IMG/VR virus record: IMGVR_UViG_3300034093_003299
Location: 22,900 to 86,899 of that record
Length of the DNA stretch: 64,000 nucleotides
Reading direction: 5' to 3' (one strand)
Source of the DNA: a virus
Taxonomy: Duplodnaviria > Caudoviricetes
Shown piece by piece: positions 30,901 through 40,282 of the stretch. Numbering within the stretch: the stretch's first letter is position 1; the number at the start of each line of letters is the position of its first letter. A program made the position numbers and the translations under genes. The notes under the pieces are model-generated. The model was not told where the DNA came from. It did no database searches and saw only the letters and a program-made list of their open reading frames with translations.

Positions 30901-31206
30901 CGGATTCGCCACATTCGCGCCTTCAGCTTCTCCAGCTTGAGCCTCTGGCCATCCAAATTTACCGTAAGTCATCTTCGGCTCTAAATTAGCATAAAATTTA
31001 AACCATTCGTCTTGAGCTGGAAAATTGCTCTCTTGAGGATTCCTGACGCCTCTAAACATGGAGAACGCGTAGTAGAATATTCTCCAAGAACAATCTCCTA
31101 GACCAGAAAGAATTTTTTCATTGAAAGCTTCCGCCAAAAGATTATGATGCTCGTAATCAGTTCGTTGATTTATTTTTACTTTTTTAGCTAAAGGAAGGTT
31201 TGGCAT
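27946..31206 (-). CDS. Large hypothetical virion protein
   Basis: 1086-aa ORF in the tail operon. No recognisable motif. Confidence 0.6.
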   Translation of the reverse strand: MPNLPLAKKVKINQRTDYEHHNLLAEAFNEKILSGLGDCSWRIFYYAFSMFRGVRNPQESNFPAQDEWFKFYANLEPKMTYGKFGWPEAQAGEAEGANVANPFMAWIFGRATRITQANGTKDDTKDGVHGYWSEPIRLSGLELAPPTNMPAKINGDPNLNMVWSDSEIQRGCLAFESSYRYLDRGGAQGTKTLELASLGICSAARRHLRYVTEAISAGRYAPSYVPDPEGKGGVFRKKNASKDQIEQAIFYYLSFFRGTEDQRAKHSIKGKNVATYGFDFEKFFSKQFLLAPNYSRPKYELDSNGKVKIDNLGNKKIKYDSFGYPELFPEGPGSFIWTAKYDNAYLDTRSGLYSVQTNASDAFLFKGQDNGKELRSFNTNPTGSNNRFCLSAIFIQTSDIASNYTDSDGILLSGLFIDVYVNGQIYESIPINGNDKYLISNRTGNVNNVSVNLGEQYRIYQFNKIHYFVYPVKGNVSFKVRGSEGIQNPAYNNFGRLQLGKRITTTQNSFSIFIQFAHVLEMKPSAADAYVMMRVATTEGAGSDAGQMDPVGHFNVDTSKTVFTNYSRYAVVYNFRKKTLYQNDAYVSANPVYESARKSISSNVRMADRTALLDYEIDANGDSVLYFNRYAMGMKNTGVDIFRHMGPSITEVGNRSIRGSKAETFVPIIKNKWYIVIELDSKVRASSTLSYVFNNKIKILKHASTFQGGDYYFVSAYSSGTIGVYDLDGITASNLIQGVDKEEILIDGIKQKPSGNISNEWTMFMTYNLYHWSNSSYWKPSMYGDIMGALNARCLTASGSLEPMSGTSKNVKRALANVSTNPNDLPLIVEAPSAYNYIEGANTKPQYGDWRGNLDYPSNFAASCPIYRPPYKIKSIVRLNPYDPASDVIKVIIDNRLQNTGKNVDPSIALGSASDVPQGRLSNKLQDFIKYSKSNVELYRTDENALINYLCHTMAGIQCPRGIAGDVSMDNGGFWQNQKPFGCCYPRFYFVKLIPKVSKNTVMYSDHYIQMEYYLRAMCNGFINRGSEMHPGQVQAIIQAGLDGISSAGGYDSAIGDYLFEDLMRNSYDNGSDQSVPISPNMVGRQ

Positions 31207-31209
31207 AAG

Positions 31210-31791
31210 TCAACTCCATACCCCTACTCCGCCGCCTCCTCCAGATTGAGATTTCAAAGTTCTTCCGGCCATATTAGAGTCTCTGTAAACTAAAAAATTT
31301 ACTCCAGCACTTGGTTTGCCTCTTATCGGTCCTTGCCTTAATGCAACTGCTTTTCCATTAATTGTTGGCACTTGCCTTCCGTTCGCCGCATCATTACCAT
31401 TAACAGACTCGACTGAGACAGAAACCCTTAGCCTTTCTCCATATTGATAATCACTAGATAGATTTCCTTTTTGAGATTTAAATGTAGAAGGCATCCTAAC
31501 TAATGTAAAACGCAAAGTCTTTTTAAAATTCTCTTTTACATTAATAATTTGAGATGTAAAAGCTATATTTAAATTATCAGGAATATTCTGGCATAGAATG
31601 TATCCAGCATTATAATTCAAAAAGTCACCATCGAACAAGCTGAGGGCTTGCGCTCCTATATGAGAAACTACCATTTGTTTGAGTTCCGCATTCACCTTTA
31701 ATCCAGTTGCGATACTGGAGTTCGATCCATTCCATGTCGCCACAAAAAGGTAAGCGTCTGATGGTGATAAATTTTTTTGTCTAATTGCCAT
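31210..31791 (-). CDS. Hypothetical tail protein
   Basis: 193 aa, coupled to the upstream ORF. Gly-rich C-terminus SQSGGGGGVGVWS. Confidence 0.55.
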   Translation of the reverse strand: MAIRQKNLSPSDAYLFVATWNGSNSSIATGLKVNAELKQMVVSHIGAQALSLFDGDFLNYNAGYILCQNIPDNLNIAFTSQIINVKENFKKTLRFTLVRMPSTFKSQKGNLSSDYQYGERLRVSVSVESVNGNDAANGRQVPTINGKAVALRQGPIRGKPSAGVNFLVYRDSNMAGRTLKSQSGGGGGVGVWS

Positions 31792-33176
31792 TATTTAACT
31801 CCTGTTATATATCTTTCTATGATGTTGTTGTTTATTCCGCTTAAGGTTAATTTAGCCACTAGTGGTTCTTCATCGAATTTGGTATCGTAAGTTACTAGCA
31901 CTGATATAGAAGAAGAGTCATAAATTGAAACTCCGGTTTTAACATATCCAGCAGATCCAGATGTAAAAGCATTATCTCGATAATTTATTAAATTTGTTCC
32001 GATACCTGTAGATAAATTGAAAAATCCAGTAACACTTTTTGTATAGAATGATGTCGTTGCTATCCCAGAAGCCAAGCTAGGATTAAAATTATTTAAAATG
32101 CCAGTACCTCCAGAGAAAATGATTGTAGGGGCAGAAGTGTATCCAGATCCAAAATAAGACATATCCACATCGACTACAGAGTCGTATGTAATGCTATCTA
32201 CTCCCAACAAAGCCTGCCCAGAAGCAGCCACAGAAGCTCCTCCTCCACTGAAAATAACCGTTGGAGTAGAAAGATACCCATTGCCCCCGCTTGTTATTGT
32301 TACATCGCTTACCATTCCCATATAGCCTGTGATTCCTGAAAAATAAGTAAGAGAAATACTAATCGGCAATGAAGCCGGCACTAGTTCTGATCTATTGGTT
32401 TCATATCCATAATTAAGAACCAGCGACCCGACTTTTGAAACGCCACTTGTAAAAGTCTCTTGGGTTATAGAGTTCAAAGTATCCGAGCCTTCGTCTACGC
32501 TAAAAATATAATTTATAAATGGAACGTCTACTCCAGTTACCCTTAATTGATTGTCGTAATCACCAGCACTTGTACTTAAAGTATAGTCAGATATAAAGTC
32601 TCCTAAAGCAGGGTAATTTTGTTGTATTAAAACTTGTTGGCTTGACGAAGCCTTTACTAGCTGTGTCGGTATACTATAAAAAGAAAACGTAGAGTCAGAA
32701 TCAAAAGACCCTGAAAAAATCTTAACCCCGCTCGCAGAATTAGAAGAAAGAGTTCCGGTTATATAAGATCCCGTTATGAAAGTCTGATTAGTGGATAACG
32801 TTAAAGATGGCTTTTCAGATTTTATTTGTATTGATGAGTCCAAGACACACCCAGTTAAATTAACAAAAAATCTTTCCGCATAAAAATCATCTTTTGCGCC
32901 AGACTTAACTATTAGATCGCCATTTATAGAATAATCGTACGCTGTTCCAGAAAAATTTGTATTTATATTTATTTGATTATCTGGCAAGTACGAGCCACAA
33001 TATCTTTTTTCGTTATCTAATATTTTCCCACTTACAAACGATATCTTATAAGTTTTATTTTGTCCACTGAACCCAATATCACAAACACCCGTGCATGAGT
33101 CAAAAGACAAACCAAAGTCTGCTGAAAAACGATTTTCTCTAAGTACGCTTCTGAATGTGTTGCCGGAAATAATCAT
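31791..33176 (-). CDS. Tail/baseplate-associated protein with GxGY.sxPt repeats
   Basis: 461 aa. Two repeats, VTITSGGNGYLSTPTVIFSGG and VDMSYFGSGYTSAPTIIFSGG, of a type common in phage tail/baseplate proteins. Confidence 0.6.
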   Translation of the reverse strand: MIISGNTFRSVLRENRFSADFGLSFDSCTGVCDIGFSGQNKTYKISFVSGKILDNEKRYCGSYLPDNQININTNFSGTAYDYSINGDLIVKSGAKDDFYAERFFVNLTGCVLDSSIQIKSEKPSLTLSTNQTFITGSYITGTLSSNSASGVKIFSGSFDSDSTFSFYSIPTQLVKASSSQQVLIQQNYPALGDFISDYTLSTSAGDYDNQLRVTGVDVPFINYIFSVDEGSDTLNSITQETFTSGVSKVGSLVLNYGYETNRSELVPASLPISISLTYFSGITGYMGMVSDVTITSGGNGYLSTPTVIFSGGGASVAASGQALLGVDSITYDSVVDVDMSYFGSGYTSAPTIIFSGGTGILNNFNPSLASGIATTSFYTKSVTGFFNLSTGIGTNLINYRDNAFTSGSAGYVKTGVSIYDSSSISVLVTYDTKFDEEPLVAKLTLSGINNNIIERYITGVK

Positions 33177-36100
33177 TAGCTTAAAAAGTTTGTATTTACT
33201 AATTTGATATTAGGTCTATTTTTATTAATTAAAGTTTGAAAATTAGTAGCTTTCGCAGGGTGACTTTGGAAGGAGCATTGAATGCTTAATCCATTTTCTG
33301 CTAATGCAATATTTAATTTTGTTAATCCATTCTGCACAGAAAGAGCCGATTTCAAATCATCTGTTATGCTTGAACAAAATAAATCCGCTGAATAAGAAAC
33401 ATTAGGCTGCAATAAAGATAACGCCTTGTCATTATAATAGTCTTTTAATTTATTATGATACGATTGGAATGTGTCAAACTCATATTTTGGTATTGTTTCG
33501 TCTGAATAACCTTGAAAATTCATTACTACTGGAGTTCCGTCTCCAAAAGCAGAACCAATTGTTTGATCCGTGGAGTAACTGAATGCCGTCGCGTCAGCGT
33601 AAAGCTCTCTTACATTTGGAGTTATATTATTTACATCTAACTCTAAAGAAAATCCTTCATTATTTAAAATTTTATTTATGTCATCTTTATCTTCCAATCC
33701 TCCTGCAATAAAATTTCTAAATGGAATAAATGTTTGAGTACTGCTTTTGCTTTTCAACGTTATCGTATAGTTTAATTGCGACGGTAGTGTTATGTATTCT
33801 ATTTCTTGTCTAGTTTTTACATAATCCCACGGCGATGGGTTTGGATGCCTTGTGCTTTGTATATTTATCGTAGTCAAGGCCGGAGACTCTAAAGAGAGCA
33901 TTCCGTTATTTGCTTGCAAAGATTTATTTACATGAGCTTGCAAGAACGCTGAGCTAGGCATGTTTCTTGTGATTTTCAACCTTTGACACCGATCTGGTAG
34001 AGGCCCGAGCCCGTTTAATTGAGCGGCATTATTTAATTGCGTCTCCTTTTGCTCTTGTGGCTGAACGCAAACAGAGTAAAAAATTGTTTTATTGCAACTT
34101 TTTTGGCCCTCTCTAAGAGAGGTCAATGCTCCTGCTTGCGAAAGTTCTCTTAATTTCTCACATCTTTCTGCTATAGAATTTTGATATTCTATTGGATTTG
34201 TAAATACTGCCCTTGGAAAAAATTGAAATTTAAATATCTGCCCGACATTTTCTATATTTGGTGCGGAAATAGTAGAAGAAATAATATCTTTATAACCCAA
34301 TAAAACTCCAAATGAATAATTACCTAGCGGTAAATTAGTAAGGTCTACTGGCAAAGCGGCCTGCAAAACGCCTAAGGTCACCGGCGAAAGCTCTTTAAAA
34401 ATTGGAGCATAAGCTTCTGCTAAATTTATTCTTATTAATTGATTGCTACTAGAAGACGCGCCAGGAGAGCCAGACGAAATGTAATAATCTAAATACTCCA
34501 AACCTCTTATCAGCTCTTGGAATACGCCATAAGCAGCGTCTGTTCTTGCTGTGTAGAACACCACCGCTTTCAAACGATTTAGATCTGTTAAATACTTAAG
34601 ATAAGAAGCCTGAGCTTTAGCGCAAATATCTTGAGTATTTGACACCAATGTATCAAATTCTGCAAAAGCTTTGAAGTAGCTTTCTGTGCCATTAAATAAG
34701 CTAGCTATGCTTGACATTAAAAAGCGAGCATCTCGAAAAACAGGCAATTTATATAATTCATTTGCAAAAACTTTTTGAGTTGGAGGTACTGTTTCTACAG
34801 AGTATTGCATTAGAACGTCTCCATTCCCTGCCATTCCATCCGAAACATTTAGCACATCTGTCCAATAATGCTTGCCTATGAAATCTGCGATATAAGACTC
34901 TATAGCTGAAACATTAGTAGCTAAGGATTCGTTATAGAATCCTAAATTCATATCTATCAACAAATTACCATTATAGTCAAAAATTAATTCGCTTTGCAAT
35001 TCAAGAGCTCTAGTTACAGCTTCATAAGCTACCAAATTATCATTGTCTAAATAAGCTAATTTAGAAGAACCGGCGGTTCCGCCAATAGGCAAAAAACCTA
35101 AAGCTTGATATGCTCCTATGCTATAGTTATAAATATCCCTCATTTTTGGAGAATACTTGCCAAGGATAGCTGAAGTTAAAACTTGCTCATAAGTTCTTTT
35201 CGATCCGCAAAAATCATAAGTAGTGTATCCATTTGAAAACAATTGAGGAAACACCTCATAAATTTTTATGTTTTTGAATTGTCTAGCGCCTAGTGATCGT
35301 TCAGATTCTATTGTTTGCTCTTTTGCGTCTTTAAAATACAATGACGAATATAGTTTTAAGTTTTTCTTGCTTAAATCATAATCGAAATCCTGAGATCTAA
35401 TAACGAATTCTGAAGACTGCGATGCTTCTAAATCTTCAAGATTTAATTTAGTGCGCAGGACTTCTTCTTTAGATAAAGAATCTGCTAAATCTATTCCTTT
35501 AATTTTTACTTGATTTATCGACGACGATGACTCGTAAGAGAAATCAACAACATAAGAATAAGAAAACTCTTCGCACCATTGGGCTAAAACATTTTTTAAA
35601 GTGCCAGAATATTTTCTTTTTATTTGCCCTTCAGATTTATCTACTAGAGAGTCTTTTTGTGTACTGCTGCCAGGCGCTGCGCTAGAATTCGCTGGCAATA
35701 TTATTATGCCCAGAGCCTTCATAGCTTTTATCAAAGATTTAAATGAGTAATAAATTTCAGAAGCTTTGCATATGCTGTCTTTGAAGTCTTCTTCTCCTAA
35801 AAGAATTACAGCTCCATATCCATTATTGATTTGCTTTAATGGATCAGTAGATTTTATAATTATATAATTAGACCTATCTTTTCCAGAGGCTGTGTCGGAT
35901 ATAATTTGAGTCTTCCCTGTATTATTTTTTAATTGTAATTGTCCCGCCAATGTTTTTTCAGCAAAATGTAATTTTTGTTTGAAATTTTCAACCGTTACTG
36001 AGCCAGCTATAGATCCCATAACAGATGGGCAGTTTAATTTTATTTGATCTACTACAGCGTCTATCTCTGATCTGACGTCTATAGCCACCTCAACTCCTAA

Positions 36101-36652
36101 TACGCCAACGTAAATCTTGTCTAAAACAAAGGAGTTGTCTTTTAATGTTACCGTGAGTATCTTCTCATTATTTCTTTTTGATAATGAGTAGGAAGATATT
36201 TTGAAATTCTTAAGTTGATAAGTTTTTTTTCCTTCTCCATTTATAATTGTGACATTGTAACTTGTTGTAGCCCCGATATATTTATCTTCTATATTAAAAT
36301 CTTTATCTATAAGCTGAGACAAAGTGTTCGTTGTTCCTTGAAAAGTTTCACTTTGATTATTTGTTTGATCTCTTGGAGTACTTTGAGCCTGTCTTGATGC
36401 ATTAAGTTGATTAAGAGTAGCTATATCTCTGCTACGCTGGTCTTTAACGGAAGATGCGTCTTTGGCTTCTTTTATCGTCTTATTTAGAGCCAAATTGAGA
36501 ACTAAAGTTGTAGGTGCGCCATCGAATCCGACATCAAGAGACAATGCGTAAACATATCCATTAAACAACCTATTCCCTAACTCCTTTGGAGGCCCAGAAG
36601 AGAATTCCGTTCTTGTTATATTTATACTGCTATTATTCTTTACTTGAGCCAT
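33176..36652 (-). CDS. Putative tail hub / Tal-like protein
   Basis: 1158 aa downstream of the TMP and Dit-like genes. LFNGYVYALSLDVG..PTTLVLNL and YSGTLKNVLAQWCEEFSYSYVVD fit hub-type elements (inference). Confidence 0.5.
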   Translation of the reverse strand: MAQVKNNSSINITRTEFSSGPPKELGNRLFNGYVYALSLDVGFDGAPTTLVLNLALNKTIKEAKDASSVKDQRSRDIATLNQLNASRQAQSTPRDQTNNQSETFQGTTNTLSQLIDKDFNIEDKYIGATTSYNVTIINGEGKKTYQLKNFKISSYSLSKRNNEKILTVTLKDNSFVLDKIYVGVLGVEVAIDVRSEIDAVVDQIKLNCPSVMGSIAGSVTVENFKQKLHFAEKTLAGQLQLKNNTGKTQIISDTASGKDRSNYIIIKSTDPLKQINNGYGAVILLGEEDFKDSICKASEIYYSFKSLIKAMKALGIIILPANSSAAPGSSTQKDSLVDKSEGQIKRKYSGTLKNVLAQWCEEFSYSYVVDFSYESSSSINQVKIKGIDLADSLSKEEVLRTKLNLEDLEASQSSEFVIRSQDFDYDLSKKNLKLYSSLYFKDAKEQTIESERSLGARQFKNIKIYEVFPQLFSNGYTTYDFCGSKRTYEQVLTSAILGKYSPKMRDIYNYSIGAYQALGFLPIGGTAGSSKLAYLDNDNLVAYEAVTRALELQSELIFDYNGNLLIDMNLGFYNESLATNVSAIESYIADFIGKHYWTDVLNVSDGMAGNGDVLMQYSVETVPPTQKVFANELYKLPVFRDARFLMSSIASLFNGTESYFKAFAEFDTLVSNTQDICAKAQASYLKYLTDLNRLKAVVFYTARTDAAYGVFQELIRGLEYLDYYISSGSPGASSSSNQLIRINLAEAYAPIFKELSPVTLGVLQAALPVDLTNLPLGNYSFGVLLGYKDIISSTISAPNIENVGQIFKFQFFPRAVFTNPIEYQNSIAERCEKLRELSQAGALTSLREGQKSCNKTIFYSVCVQPQEQKETQLNNAAQLNGLGPLPDRCQRLKITRNMPSSAFLQAHVNKSLQANNGMLSLESPALTTINIQSTRHPNPSPWDYVKTRQEIEYITLPSQLNYTITLKSKSSTQTFIPFRNFIAGGLEDKDDINKILNNEGFSLELDVNNITPNVRELYADATAFSYSTDQTIGSAFGDGTPVVMNFQGYSDETIPKYEFDTFQSYHNKLKDYYNDKALSLLQPNVSYSADLFCSSITDDLKSALSVQNGLTKLNIALAENGLSIQCSFQSHPAKATNFQTLINKNRPNIKLVNTNFLS

Positions 36653-36666
36653 AATCCTTAAAATTA

Positions 36667-36673
36667 ATTACAC
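36667..36673 (-). promoter_or_regulatory. GTGTAAT late-promoter-like motif
   Basis: attacac on the + strand. Lies 14 nt upstream of ATG 36652 with AAGGA in between. Confidence 0.45.
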
Positions 36674-38458
36674 GTTAAAATACCCTGTTTCATTATTATA
36701 TACAACTTGAGAGAATGGCTCCAAAGAAAAGGTTGTGTATTTCAAACTGGCGTCTGCTAGCTTTAGATAATCTAAATCTTTTATTTGCCTCAAACCGTTT
36801 ACCCAAACTTGTTCGTCGAATAATGGAATGTTTGTATCAAAATTATTAGCGTTGTTTCCTGTATATCTTACTCTATTCGTATCATGCTTTGGCAACAAAA
36901 GCAAATCTCCGTCAATAAGATTTGTTGTATAAATAGTGACTGCACCTGCCGCAGCGTCGTAATCTATTCCAGAAATTAATTTATTACCATTCAAATAAAG
37001 ATCTCTATTATTGACATAATTATAATTTAAGACTTTGGTTGTGTTTGTTATGTCTTGAGTAGATATTCCAGTTAACGACCCAGAGCCAGATATCAAATCA
37101 TAAATAGCAAAATCTGTAACATCAAAAAAACTGCTAGAATCTACAAAACCCCCCGAAACAGTAAAGTCGCCTTCTTTATCTCCAGTTATTCCAGTGACGT
37201 GAGTACACGCCAATCCATTAACGTATAGATTTATAGCTTCTCCAGAACCAGTATTTAATATGGTGTATCTCGTATCAGATTGAGAAAATTGTGGTATTAA
37301 ATTAATATCTTCAGAATTTCTACCTGAAAAACTATAAACTTCTTTATTAGAATCATCGAAATCAGCTAAAAGTAAAATTTTAGAATTTCCAAATGGCACT
37401 GAATATCCATAATCCACTAAGCCGCTTGGAGGATGATAAAGTGTTATTTCTGAAGTGCCAGTGGTAATACCAGTTAGTTCTACTAATCTATAATCATATA
37501 AATATCCTGTGGTTCCAGAATAAGCATACCCAGTTACAGCCGAACTATCTGATGTTTTTGTTTCCCCAGATATTTGAGTGTATCCTGTTATTCCAGTGCC
37601 GACTACTACATTTTGGTACTCTATTCCTGTAACAGACAAAAATGATTCGACTTGAGTTTCGTATCTTCCCGACGCGTAGCCAGAACAATAGAATGCTTTC
37701 GCGAAAGTATTCCTTTCTGCAAAAGCTAATCCTAAATTAAACAGCATGAAATTATCTATAAATCCGCTAAAATTTTTGTAATTTACTCCAGAAACCCCTA
37801 GCCCGCCTAAATAAAAATCATTAGAATTAGAGAAACCATCAATATCAAATTGCACATTAAGAGATTTTTTATTTAAAATATCATCAAATTGATGAGTAGA
37901 CAATTGAATAGAAGAGTCTATTTTTGCTATTGATATAACATTTTTGTTGTCTAATTCTTGCCCTAAAGTGTAAATCCTTTTGCCTTCCGAGGGAGTATTA
38001 TGCTCGCAGAATAATCTATTGCATCCATTTATTCCTATAGAAAATCCAGAAATAGAAGATTCAGAATTTTGTGACGAAACAATAATTTTACTCTTGTCAA
38101 ATACTCCTGTATCTAAATTTTTAAACACTATGAATGCGGTCCAGTCTGCATCATTAATTTCGCCTAATATTTTAAATTTATTTTGCCCATTAAATTGCCC
38201 ACTTACTATTGACGCGTTTACACTGGCTCCTCCCACTTCGTCGCTGTATGATAAAGCTGGATTTTCTGTAGAATAAATTTTTGAACCAGAGTATTGATAG
38301 CTTATTCCTATTTGATTATTAAATATTAAATAATTAGAGTACGAAGAGGAGTCTGTTATTCCTGTGTAAGAAGGATTGCGAAAATCGTAATCAATAGATA
38401 TTGAAGATCTATCGCAAAATATTGTTTCTAAGAATCCTGATTTTATAGCTTCGTTCAT
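36668..38458 (-). CDS. Tail protein with LamG/concanavalin-A-like domain
   Basis: 596 aa. WTAFIVF...GFSIGING...FYLGG...FSGFIDNFMLFN is LamG-like. Very rich in [ST]-G dipeptides. Confidence 0.6.
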   Translation of the reverse strand: MNEAIKSGFLETIFCDRSSISIDYDFRNPSYTGITDSSSYSNYLIFNNQIGISYQYSGSKIYSTENPALSYSDEVGGASVNASIVSGQFNGQNKFKILGEINDADWTAFIVFKNLDTGVFDKSKIIVSSQNSESSISGFSIGINGCNRLFCEHNTPSEGKRIYTLGQELDNKNVISIAKIDSSIQLSTHQFDDILNKKSLNVQFDIDGFSNSNDFYLGGLGVSGVNYKNFSGFIDNFMLFNLGLAFAERNTFAKAFYCSGYASGRYETQVESFLSVTGIEYQNVVVGTGITGYTQISGETKTSDSSAVTGYAYSGTTGYLYDYRLVELTGITTGTSEITLYHPPSGLVDYGYSVPFGNSKILLLADFDDSNKEVYSFSGRNSEDINLIPQFSQSDTRYTILNTGSGEAINLYVNGLACTHVTGITGDKEGDFTVSGGFVDSSSFFDVTDFAIYDLISGSGSLTGISTQDITNTTKVLNYNYVNNRDLYLNGNKLISGIDYDAAAGAVTIYTTNLIDGDLLLLPKHDTNRVRYTGNNANNFDTNIPLFDEQVWVNGLRQIKDLDYLKLADASLKYTTFSLEPFSQVVYNNETGYFNV

Positions 38459-40281
38459 GATTTTATGACTCTCCTATTTTCTGCTTGGAGCGGGTCTAAA
38501 GCAAAAGAAAATATTGAATTCGCCGAAACTACAGATCCATATTTATCTGTAGTAAGTATATTTGATGTAGTTGAACTAAAATTACTATTAGCTATAGAAA
38601 CAGAAGAAGACTCTTCTTGCACGGTATCTAATGAAGATCTACCCGTCACGTTTAATAATGGCTTAATAAAATTCTCTTTAAAATTAAGAAGCAGAGTGTT
38701 TTTATTAGCCAAAAGAGCATCTTCCGAAGTCGCCGGCTTAGTGATTGATATGTTTATTCCAGCTTTTTCTCTTTTTAGCGTGTTCATATCTACAGCAATA
38801 TGCCCCAAAGAATTATTACACGAAAATCCATATGTAAAAATAGTATTAGTTGGAGTGTATTCTATATTATAATCTGAATTAGATAGAGACAAAAATTTAT
38901 CTTTATTGTCGTAAGACGCCGATATCGTAACAGTTCCTAAGAGCGGGTTAGCGTCTACCACTAACGAAGTTGGCTCAGAGTTCAAAGTGAACTTAGGAGA
39001 GCCAGAATAATACGCGCTATAATAATCATTTATTAATGTATATAATCTCGGCGCAACATTGCTTGTCCCGGCTGTAAATAATTGGGTTACATAATCTAAA
39101 GATTTAGCGTATTTATTCTTAACAGATCCACGACATTTAACTTCTCCTTTTATTTCTAGAGTATCTATGAAAGATAAATCATCAATAACATGAGATATAG
39201 AAGCGTCTAGATAACAGCCACTAAATACTGTTGGGTCATTAGCTGAATTGTAGAATTCTAAATTATCGTAAGAAATATTGAATGCTATTTTTCTAGCTTT
39301 ACGGTCTTCGTTTATTGATAATTGAATCGGGTCTTCGCAAAATTTAAATCCATTTGGAGACCCATATTTTCCTGATATTATCGCGTACGGATTCAATCCA
39401 GAAAGCTCATTAATAAGCCCAGATATTAAATAATCTCCTGTCGCTCCAGTGATTCCAGCTTTTATCTCTCCTTGTATAGACGCGGTGACAAAGTCGTCTC
39501 CAGCTCCAGAAATTAAATTCGTACTGTAAGAGACTAAATTATAATTATTAAAAGAATAATTCTGCGCAGATTCTGAATCTCCAGTTATTGTTTTAAATTT
39601 ATAAGTTTCTTCTATAGAGTAGCTTAAATTAAGCCTATCTAAATTTTCTGATATGCTTACTAGCACAGGAGTAAAAGAAGTAGAATTATCTATGCTGGTA
39701 GCAAGAGGTAAAGTTAAAATTCTTGAAATCCCAGTTCTTGACGCTACATAAGATTTAACATTATCTATGGCATTGTCAATTGTATCTATCACGAAACCTT
39801 TAGCAGAAACAGAATGCATTGCCGTACCAATTCCATCGTTTCCTGGAGAGATGTTTATTTCATCTTTAGGATCTAATATGCCATAATTTCCCGAGAAAAA
39901 ACCAGTAAGCCCAGATGGATAAGACAAAAGCTCAACCGAATAATTCACTACTCTATTATATGGCGCATTGTCGAAAGAAACGCTTTGCACAGAACACCCA
40001 GAAAAAGCCGCTGCTTCTGAAGTTGGCACAGTGTCATCAGCTCCTTCTAAAACCTTTAAAATTTGATAAGAAGAGGAGAAAACATCTACCAATCCAGTTT
40101 GCGCTGTATAAAGGTCATCAAATGTATTTCCTGTTATAACTCCATTAAGAACAATCCTTTGCGAGATGCCCCACCTATTACCGTAGCTAATGACATCGTC
40201 ACTAACAGACAAGTAAGGCGTCGGGCCAGTGCCGCTAACTGGGACTCTCTTATTATTGTATTTAATAAGTACATCTGACAT
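38455..40281 (-). CDS. Distal-tail-like protein with tandem beta repeats (paralog of 40283-42175)
   Basis: 608 aa. Located just after the TMP, with repeated xSIxGxIK-type strands. Confidence 0.5.
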   Translation of the reverse strand: MSDVLIKYNNKRVPVSGTGPTPYLSVSDDVISYGNRWGISQRIVLNGVITGNTFDDLYTAQTGLVDVFSSSYQILKVLEGADDTVPTSEAAAFSGCSVQSVSFDNAPYNRVVNYSVELLSYPSGLTGFFSGNYGILDPKDEINISPGNDGIGTAMHSVSAKGFVIDTIDNAIDNVKSYVASRTGISRILTLPLATSIDNSTSFTPVLVSISENLDRLNLSYSIEETYKFKTITGDSESAQNYSFNNYNLVSYSTNLISGAGDDFVTASIQGEIKAGITGATGDYLISGLINELSGLNPYAIISGKYGSPNGFKFCEDPIQLSINEDRKARKIAFNISYDNLEFYNSANDPTVFSGCYLDASISHVIDDLSFIDTLEIKGEVKCRGSVKNKYAKSLDYVTQLFTAGTSNVAPRLYTLINDYYSAYYSGSPKFTLNSEPTSLVVDANPLLGTVTISASYDNKDKFLSLSNSDYNIEYTPTNTIFTYGFSCNNSLGHIAVDMNTLKREKAGINISITKPATSEDALLANKNTLLLNFKENFIKPLLNVTGRSSLDTVQEESSSVSIANSNFSSTTSNILTTDKYGSVVSANSIFSFALDPLQAENRRVIKS

Positions 40282-40282
40282 A

